A stretch of DNA of 64,000 nucleotides from Nitrospirota bacterium (lineage in GTDB: Bacteria > UBA2233): the NCBI GenBank assembly GCA_011620345.1, contig WOZJ01000057.1, positions 101,246 through 165,245 of the forward strand, written 5' to 3'. Below are positions 58,260 to 64,000 of this stretch, one piece after another (the stretch's first letter is position 1; every line of letters begins with the position of its first letter). Under the pieces are notes generated by a model, which saw only the letters and a list, made by a program, of their open reading frames with translations, did no database searches and had not been told where the DNA came from. Both the position numbers and the translations under genes were made by a program.

Positions 58260-60027
58260 CGTCCGCCTTCGGCCGCTAGGGGGCAACCCACGCTTGATCT
58301 CCTTTTTTTGGCCATACATTCAACCCTACAGGAGGATGTTTTTTCTGGCTTTTGGTCTCAGCCTTTGGAGCGGCGCGATGTATGCCTTTTCCCCGTGGTT
58401 GGTAGGCATCGGTGTGGACAGGGGAATCCTTGCAGGCAAGCCCCACGTGATCATCCTGTTGGCCGTGCTTATTGGGAGCCTTGAGATACTTCGATGCTTT
58501 TTGGGCTACGCCGGGGAAAGTCTGCTTCAAAAGGCGGGGCAAAAGGTGCTTGCCAATCTTAGAGGACAGCTCTTCTCGCGCTCTCTTTGGCTTCCTTCTG
58601 CCTACTACATAAAAGAGCCTACGGGCAAGGTCGTGACACGCATCACCAACGATGTCCAGGCGATGTCCGAGCTTTTCTCGACAGGCTTAGCCAAGGTGTT
58701 CGTCGACTTGGTCCTGCTCCTGGCCAGCTTGGGTGGGCTTCTTTGGCTGGATGCGCGTCTGTTCGGACTAACTGCCTTAAGCCTCCCGCTTATGGTAGTG
58801 ACGTTTCGGTTTTTCTCGAAAAGACTTATGGATGTCCAGCGGAGAGTGAAAGTTTGCCTATCCAAGATTAACGCCTTCATTTCAGAAAACTTTTCGAACC
58901 TTCCTACGGTTCGGGCGTTGTTTGCCCACGCAGCGCAGATTCAGGGCTTCGAGAGGCTAAACGAAGCATACTGCGAGGCACAGATGGGGCAGGTTCACAT
59001 GAACGGCCTGTTCCAGCCTGCAATGCGCACGATTAACGCGCTCAGCGTTTCGGCATTGCTTTGGGCCGGGGGGTTCTTTGTGCTCAAGGGCAAGATGGAA
59101 CCAGGCGTGCTTGTGGCCTCGCTTATGTACATTCAGCAGATGTACCGACCGCTTCGAGACATGACCGAAAAATACTCGGTCCTGCTTTCCGCTTTCGCCT
59201 CCTTGGAGAGGATCGTCTCTTTTGGAAGTTTAGAAAAAGAGCCCATGAGCCCGTTCCCACGGGCGAAATGCAATGAAGGCCCTCTTTTGCTCAACTACGG
59301 GGTCGAATTTAGAAACGTTTCTCTTTCCTACGACGGAAAGAGAAACGCGCTGGATAGCGTAAGCCTCTGCATAAAAAAAGGAGAGCGTATCGCTTTGGTG
59401 GGCGAGACAGGGGCAGGAAAATCGAGCATGACCAGCCTCATGCTTCGATTCTTCGAGCCGACAGATGGCTCTATCCTTTGGGACGGAAAAGACCTGCACA
59501 CCATTCCGCTTGTAGGCTATCGGAAGACGATTGCTTGGGTGCCGCAATCGATAGGCCTATTTACCGGGACACTTTTGGAGAACCTCACACTTTTTGATGA
59601 GCTCCTTGCTCCCAAGGCGCTGGCCCTCTTAGACCAGGCCGGGCTTTTGGCCTACTTTGAAGCAAAGCCTTCAGGCCTTCGTTTTCGTATTCAAGAAGGA
59701 GGGGCCAACCTCTCGCTCGGAGAAAAGCAGCTCATCGGAATCGTCCGATCTCTCGTGAAAGACCCGGAACTGCTCGTTTTGGATGAGGCCACCTCTGCGC
59801 TCGATCCTTTTACCGAGGGCTTGATTCAACGTGCAGTGGAAAGGCTTCTCCACGACAAGACGGCCCTGATTGTGGCACATCGACTCTATACCGTACAAAC
59901 AGCTTCCAAGATCGTCGTACTCAAGCAGGGCAGAGTAGCCCAGTTGGGAACCCACGCCTCACTCCTCCAGGCTGGAGGCTATTACGCAAGCCTCTTCCAA
60001 GCAGGCCCGCTCGGTTTTCTTCCGTAA
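58252..60027 (+). CDS. ABC exporter, fused permease/ATPase subunit 2 (heterodimer partner)
   Basis: Six TM plus NBD (GETGAGKSSMTSL, LSLGEKQLIGIVRS, LLVLDEATSALD). Start ATGGCTAG overlaps the stop of subunit 1; the six-frame ORF begins at 58201. Confidence 0.85.
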   Translation: MASVRLRPLGGNPRLISFFWPYIQPYRRMFFLAFGLSLWSGAMYAFSPWLVGIGVDRGILAGKPHVIILLAVLIGSLEILRCFLGYAGESLLQKAGQKVLANLRGQLFSRSLWLPSAYYIKEPTGKVVTRITNDVQAMSELFSTGLAKVFVDLVLLLASLGGLLWLDARLFGLTALSLPLMVVTFRFFSKRLMDVQRRVKVCLSKINAFISENFSNLPTVRALFAHAAQIQGFERLNEAYCEAQMGQVHMNGLFQPAMRTINALSVSALLWAGGFFVLKGKMEPGVLVASLMYIQQMYRPLRDMTEKYSVLLSAFASLERIVSFGSLEKEPMSPFPRAKCNEGPLLLNYGVEFRNVSLSYDGKRNALDSVSLCIKKGERIALVGETGAGKSSMTSLMLRFFEPTDGSILWDGKDLHTIPLVGYRKTIAWVPQSIGLFTGTLLENLTLFDELLAPKALALLDQAGLLAYFEAKPSGLRFRIQEGGANLSLGEKQLIGIVRSLVKDPELLVLDEATSALDPFTEGLIQRAVERLLHDKTALIVAHRLYTVQTASKIVVLKQGRVAQLGTHASLLQAGGYYASLFQAGPLGFLP

Positions 60028-60382
60028 GAGGGTCGCTTTTTTTTGGACTAACTGAGAAAGCCTACCGTGGAAAGCCTGGAAAATAAGCCCAAATGAAACC
60101 TTGATTGACACTTGGCTCCATGCTGTGCAAGAATTCGGGTATATCAAAGAGGGTGGGTGGTTGAGGATGAATGTTTTGTCTGGGTTCAGCAACCCTACCA
60201 GCATAACCGAATGGGCGATGCTCCCTTTGGCCTGGCTAGGATCGCTTACGGTACGCAGCGCGCTTCTTTGGGATCTGCTTACAGACGTGCTTTTCGTCAA
60301 CACCGCTCAACCCCCAGTTTAGCAGTTTCGTGGCAATGAAATGTCTTGACTTATCAACTATCCTTAGGGAGGAGGGGAAGCT

Positions 60383-60670
60383 ATGGAGACCATCAACGCC
60401 TTTGCCCAAACATCTGGAACGCTTGTTCAGGCCCCAATCGACATTCTGAACGCCTCGATCGCTACGGTGCCCCAGCTTTTGCTTACCCCATTCCGTTTGA
60501 TTACGGAGGGGCTCACGGGCATTACGGGCGCTTCAAGCGCCCTGTTTGAGGGGTTCTGGGGTTCTTTGAATGCACTCATCATCCCCATTGATGGGTTTTT
60601 GAACAGCAGTGCTGCAACGGTGGCTCTTCCGGCAAACATCACGCCATTCGTAGGGCCGTTTTTGGGTTAA
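60383..60670 (+). CDS. Small hydrophobic protein of unknown family (95 aa), paralog A
   Basis: Strong RBS agggaggagggg 6 nt before the ATG. Ala/Leu/Gly/Ile/Thr/Ser-rich, no Cys, few charges. N-terminus METINAFAQ is shared in pattern with the downstream paralog MEGITAFSQ. Confidence 0.5.
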   Translation: METINAFAQTSGTLVQAPIDILNASIATVPQLLLTPFRLITEGLTGITGASSALFEGFWGSLNALIIPIDGFLNSSAATVALPANITPFVGPFLG

Positions 60671-60700
60671 GCGAAAACAACCAACAAGGAGGAACCTTAA

Positions 60701-60985
60701 ATGGAAGGAATAACCGCCTTTAGTCAAGACTTGGGGGGCGTTCCCCTGGGGGCATTGGCCGATTCCATCAGCGGAATTGGCGATGTAGCCGGCGCCATCT
60801 TTGCCCTGCCTCTGACCTCGGCCAACCTGGTTCTTGAAATTGGCGCTCTCCCTTTCCAGGCGATGCAGGCCATGTTTGAGGCGATGACCGGCTCGGGTGC
60901 CGCGCTCTGGGAATCTGCCACCATCCTACTGACGCCCTTTGACCTAATCGGCGCTTCAATAGCTAACGTTACGACGGTTATCTAG
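60701..60985 (+). CDS. Small hydrophobic protein of unknown family (94 aa), paralog B
   Basis: RBS caaggaggaacc. Same size, composition and N-terminal motif as paralog A. Followed by a hairpin and an intrinsic terminator. Confidence 0.5.
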   Translation: MEGITAFSQDLGGVPLGALADSISGIGDVAGAIFALPLTSANLVLEIGALPFQAMQAMFEAMTGSGAALWESATILLTPFDLIGASIANVTTVI

Positions 60986-61018
60986 CCAAGTTCTTGCCCC
61001 TCGCCGTTTTGTCCTAAT

Positions 61019-61100
61019 CCGTTAGGCTGGACAGGAATTGTCCAGCCTAACGGAGCTACCTGCTCGCTGCAGGCAGAGCGGGGGTAGCTTTGGTTTTTTG
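61019..61100 (+). terminator. Two hairpins: a 14-bp perfect stem (61019-61053), then a rho-independent terminator GCTACC..GGTAGC followed by a T-run (61055-61100)
   Basis: CCGTTAGGCTGGAC-aggaatt-GTCCAGCCTAACGG, then AGCTACC-tgctcgctgcaggcagagcgg-GGGTAGCT-TTGGTTTTTTGG. Confidence 0.6.
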
Positions 61101-61215
61101 GAACCATCTCAAAAGGCTTGACATTGCTCAATGGCGTGTGCAAGATGTTGCTTGCTCTCTATGGTTGTTTCACAAGCTGCAACTGTTGCAAGAATGCGGG
61201 CAAGGGGGGTCCGGG

Positions 61216-61623
61216 ATGGCAGGATCGGGTATGAAGGGGGTTCGTTTTTCTGAAGAGCATATCTGGGTCGGGCTGAAAGACGGCAGGTTTATCGTTGGAG
61301 TAACAGACTGGCTCCAAAGGCAATTGGGGGAGGTTACCTACGTCGATTTGCCCGAAGTAGGGGAAATTCTCGAGCGCGGCGAACCCTTTGGAGAAATCGA
61401 ATCGGCACGCACCATCAAGGAATTGGTAGCGCCCATTTCCGGAGAAGTCCTTCAGGTCAACGCCGACATTGAAAGTGAGCCCATGATTGTAAACGAAGAC
61501 TCTATGGATGAAGGCTGGCTCTTGCAGGTTAGACCTGATGCGCCCGAAGAGTTTGATGAGCTCATGGACGAGGAAGAGTATGAACAATTCCTGGAAAGCC
61601 AAGAAGAGCAGGACGTATTCTAA
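61216..61623 (+). CDS. Glycine cleavage H-protein-like (GcvH fold) with Arg at the lipoyl-lysine position and an acidic C-terminal tail
   Basis: Aligns to E. coli GcvH (EHIWVGL..GVTDW..LGEVTYVDLPEVG ... APISGEVLQVN ... DEGWLLQV). E. coli ESVKAASD corresponds here to ESARTIKE, so the lipoylated Lys aligns to Arg. Start at 61216 or 61231; the six-frame ORF begins at 61090, inside the terminator. Confidence 0.75.
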   Translation: MAGSGMKGVRFSEEHIWVGLKDGRFIVGVTDWLQRQLGEVTYVDLPEVGEILERGEPFGEIESARTIKELVAPISGEVLQVNADIESEPMIVNEDSMDEGWLLQVRPDAPEEFDELMDEEEYEQFLESQEEQDVF

Positions 61624-61684
61624 TCTCGCTCGAGCCGTGAGCTTGAGCCTGCCTTTTAAGATAAGCGACTAGCGACTAAGCGAC

Positions 61685-61716
61685 GCGGCCTTAGGGGTGG
61701 TAGCCCCTAAGGCCGC
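61685..61716. terminator. 13-bp perfect hairpin between convergent genes (putative bidirectional terminator)
   Basis: GCGGCCTTAGGGG-tggtag-CCCCTAAGGCCGC flanked by gttt/aaa. Short tandem repeats AGCGACT and ATCTTAGGCGTT lie nearby. Confidence 0.45.
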
Positions 61717-61755
61717 GTTTCATCGAGCTCTTAATCTTAGGCGTTATCTTAGGCG

Positions 61756-62322
61756 TTAAAACGCCCCTTCTTCGATGGGCGGTGCCAGCGTATCCACGAT
61801 AGGGCTCTCTCCAAGGATCGCGACGAGCAAAGGCCGCAATCCTTGAACGACCGCAGGGAGGCCTCCTGGATATTTTAGCGTGCCGTAAACCAAATCGATC
61901 GTCGACTGGATCGGGTCTTGTGGGTCGCCCACCATTGCGTTGAGCATCGGATATAGAGGGTAGATCAACGGGTCTATGTTGCGGGCGGCAAGCGCTTCCC
62001 TTCCTGCCGGTGAGTTGGCGATACCTACCACTAGGGCGGAAAGCCGGATTACGGTATCGCGTACGTCCTCTGCCGTAATCTGCGAAAGCGCCGGGTTCGT
62101 TCGAAGCTGGTTGGCAAGCTGTACGGTCTGCTGAGTCATGAGCGGGAGAAGATCCGGTGGTACGTTGTAGTGCCGAACATCCAAGGCGTGAAGAAACTCC
62201 TGGGGCGTGACGTGGCGAATGTTCGTATCCAGGTTTCCTTGTTGATCAGCACAGCCTAAAAACCCAAGGGAAAAAAACAAGCAACCGCCTCCTAACACGC
62301 GCCAAAGCTTGCCCATGGTCAT
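61756..62322 (-). CDS. Hypothetical lipoprotein/secreted protein
   Basis: N-terminal hydrophobic leader with FLGC (lipobox-like) followed by a ~165 aa Pro/Leu-rich domain. I recognise no homology. Confidence 0.5.
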   Translation of the reverse strand: MTMGKLWRVLGGGCLFFSLGFLGCADQQGNLDTNIRHVTPQEFLHALDVRHYNVPPDLLPLMTQQTVQLANQLRTNPALSQITAEDVRDTVIRLSALVVGIANSPAGREALAARNIDPLIYPLYPMLNAMVGDPQDPIQSTIDLVYGTLKYPGGLPAVVQGLRPLLVAILGESPIVDTLAPPIEEGAF

Positions 62323-62450
62323 ACCTCTCGATGTTCGTTAACAGCATTCATAATTTTCGATGGACCAACAACTTTATAAAATATTCTTCTATTCTATGTC
62401 AATAGGAGTAGGCTTTGCTTGACCTTGGAGGATGCCTTGCCACGCCTTCG

Positions 62451-62480
62451 TTGACACCTTTGGGGGGATGCTGATATAAT
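62451..62480 (+). promoter_or_regulatory. Near-consensus sigma70 promoter: TTGACA (62451-56), 18-bp spacer, extended -10 TGaTATAAT (62472-80)
   Basis: Read directly in the sequence, ~35 bp upstream of the thioredoxin-like/queG pair. Confidence 0.5.
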
Positions 62481-62514
62481 GAAGTCAGCGGGGACGTAAA
62501 GAAAAGGGGGAGCC

Positions 62515-63018
62515 ATGGAGGCAGTCCAAGCGTTAAGCGTGGCGGATTTTATCTTGAACTCTCTCGAAAAAAATCCGGTTTGCCTTTCGAAATCCCTTCA
62601 TGAAAGCTCGGTGATTCTAGCGTTCTTTAGGACGACATGTCCGGCGTGTCAGCTGCTTTTCCCCTACCTCGAACGCATTCACGATTACTACCCCATCCAG
62701 CGGATTTATGGCATTTCTCAAGATGCAGAGGCAACAACGAGGGAGTTTGCCGCGCGCTATGCCGTTGAATTTCCCGTCCTTTTAGATGAAAGTTGTTATG
62801 TCAGCGAAGAATTCGGCATCGATGTCGTTCCTACGATTCTATGGGTTGAGGCCGACATGTCTGTAGGCTTCTTCTCTAGCGGTTTTTCAAAGAAGGACCT
62901 AAACCTCCTTGGGTCAAGAATCGTCAAGCGTTACCGCCAGGAGCCAATCCAGATCGCCGCCCCGGATGACGGTGCTCCGCTTATCAAACTAGGCTCTTCG
63001 AGCAAAAGGCCCTCGTGA
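62515..63018 (+). CDS. Thioredoxin-fold protein (redoxin/AhpC-TSA-like) with CPAC motif, no signal peptide
   Basis: VILAFFRTTCPACQLLFPYL is a CxxC active site in a thioredoxin-fold context, followed by ...VVPTILWV. Confidence 0.7.
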   Translation: MEAVQALSVADFILNSLEKNPVCLSKSLHESSVILAFFRTTCPACQLLFPYLERIHDYYPIQRIYGISQDAEATTREFAARYAVEFPVLLDESCYVSEEFGIDVVPTILWVEADMSVGFFSSGFSKKDLNLLGSRIVKRYRQEPIQIAAPDDGAPLIKLGSSSKRPS

Positions 63019-63021
63019 CGC

Positions 63022-63984
63022 TTGGGCGCGGTGCTTTCTGAACTTGGCCAGTCTGTGGGCTTGGATGCGACGGCGATCGGCAGGCTTAAAAATCCTACAC
63101 ATCGAGATGCGTATTACGAGTGGCTTCAAAATGGCATGCATGCTTCGATGGGCTACCTTAAGAGGACGGCCAAGGTTCGTATGTACCCTGAAGAAGCGTT
63201 CCCCTGGGCAAGGAGTCTTGTCGTGGCGCTGCTGTCCTACAAAACACCCGAGAGCCCTTCATGGAAAACAGGAAGCATCCCCGAGAACTTCAACTCCCTT
63301 CCTCGCCTTTCTTGCTATGCGCTCGGCGAAGACTACCATCGCTTGCTGAAAGAAAGGCTTCTTTTGCTCCATGGCCTACTCGAGAGGCTGGCCAGAAAGG
63401 GCATAAAAAAGCGGATTTTTGTGGACACTGGGCCGCTATTGGAAAGGGAATATACGGCAATGGCTGGACTTGGATGGGTCGGAAAGAATACCTGCCTGAT
63501 CCATCCCAGGCTTGGGTCGTACGTCTTCTTGGGCACGATGCTCCTAGATACAGAGCTGCCCGATTCCCAAGAATTCGCCGAAATCATTGAAGACCGGTGC
63601 GGAGCTTGCACGAGGTGCCTCGATGCCTGCCCTACGGGAGCCATTCAAAAGCCTTACCTGCTGGATGCTAACCGGTGCATATCCTACCTCACGGTGGAAC
63701 ACAAGGAGGCCTTTCAAGGTTCGGAGGCAAGCTTATTGGGGCCTTGGCTTTGTGGTTGCGACGTTTGTCAAGCCGTGTGCCCTTGGAACGTCCGGGCGAG
63801 CCTTGCTGTGAGCCCTGAAGTATACCCGGACCCATGCCTTTGCAGGGTCGATCTTCAACGCCTGGAGGAGCTTGACTTGCATGCCTACACAATGCTTACC
63901 CGGGGCAAGGCATTCGATAGGGTAGGCTGGGCGCAATTCCAAAGGAACCTACGGGCGGTTTCAAGCAACCTTAAGGCTCAATAG
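63022..63984 (+). CDS. queG: Epoxyqueuosine reductase QueG (cobalamin-dependent, two 4Fe-4S clusters)
   Basis: CGACTRCLDACPTGAI and CDVCQAVCPWN ferredoxin-like motifs plus the QueG N-terminal domain (GYLKRTAKVRMYPE...). Confidence 0.85.
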   Translation: MGAVLSELGQSVGLDATAIGRLKNPTHRDAYYEWLQNGMHASMGYLKRTAKVRMYPEEAFPWARSLVVALLSYKTPESPSWKTGSIPENFNSLPRLSCYALGEDYHRLLKERLLLLHGLLERLARKGIKKRIFVDTGPLLEREYTAMAGLGWVGKNTCLIHPRLGSYVFLGTMLLDTELPDSQEFAEIIEDRCGACTRCLDACPTGAIQKPYLLDANRCISYLTVEHKEAFQGSEASLLGPWLCGCDVCQAVCPWNVRASLAVSPEVYPDPCLCRVDLQRLEELDLHAYTMLTRGKAFDRVGWAQFQRNLRAVSSNLKAQ

Positions 63985-64000
63985 GCATCGAAATGGGACA

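Noticed and set aside
60101-60322. 73-aa TTG-initiated ORF in the intergenic region upstream of the twin small proteins
   Set aside because: No RBS, unusual start codon and no recognisable features. More likely promoter/leader sequence of the small-protein unit, though not excluded as a small protein.
60701-60745. Possible double-glycine leader (MEGITAFSQDLGG) suggesting a bacteriocin precursor
   Set aside because: Only paralog B has GG. The leader lacks the conserved hydrophobic positions at -4, -12 and -15. The neighbouring ABC transporters have no C39 peptidase domain.
1-64000. Looked for CRISPR arrays, IS elements, integrases and rRNA genes
   Set aside because: No direct-repeat/spacer arrays, transposase or integrase-like ORFs, or rRNA signatures were found in this window.

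Overview
The window is a 64 kb stretch of mostly housekeeping chromosome from a high-GC, apparently Gram-negative bacterium, densely coded on both strands.

Reading left to right:
- Protein quality control cluster: dnaK 3' end, htpX, a ClpA/ClpC-family AAA+ chaperone, a DUF1844 protein and htrA.
- Isoprenoid MEP genes ispE and dxs flanking a tRNA-Gln, followed by moaD and moaE.
- A leftward block: LD-carboxypeptidase, a cytoplasmic lysozyme-like protein, a FAH-family hydrolase and mutS2.
- fabF followed by an in-frame internally deleted fabH remnant, a tRNA-Met(CAT), a COG1579 zinc-ribbon protein and the RNase P RNA (rnpB).
- A rearranged division/cell-wall cluster: rsmH-murE-murF-mraY-murD, then mraZ (with its GTGGG operator repeats) sitting where ftsW normally is, then murG-murC-murB-ddl-ftsA-ftsZ. 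No ftsL, ftsI, ftsW or ftsQ lies in the cluster.
- A long minus-strand block: lipoprotein, TPR protein, DciA-like protein, archaeal-type trehalose synthase TreT, a B12-binding radical SAM enzyme and a RecD2 helicase.
- speH-speE behind a structured 395-bp leader, a large single-chain pyruvate:ferredoxin oxidoreductase, and purH-purD-purE.
- A variant System I cytochrome c maturation operon, ccmE-ccmF-[two unknown genes]-ccmA-ccmB-ccmC. Its CcmE carries CxxxY in place of the heme-binding HxxxY, and no ccmG or ccmH is present.
- tsaC, a degenerate class II aldolase/adducin-like protein, a heterodimeric ABC exporter pair, two tandem paralogous small hydrophobic proteins of unknown family, a GcvH-like protein whose lipoyl-lysine is replaced by Arg, a lipoprotein, a thioredoxin-fold CxxC protein and queG.

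No mobile elements, CRISPR arrays or rRNA genes were seen.

The most novel-looking candidates are the twin small proteins at 60383-60985, the unknown genes embedded in the ccm operon, the relocated mraZ, and the fabH deletion remnant.
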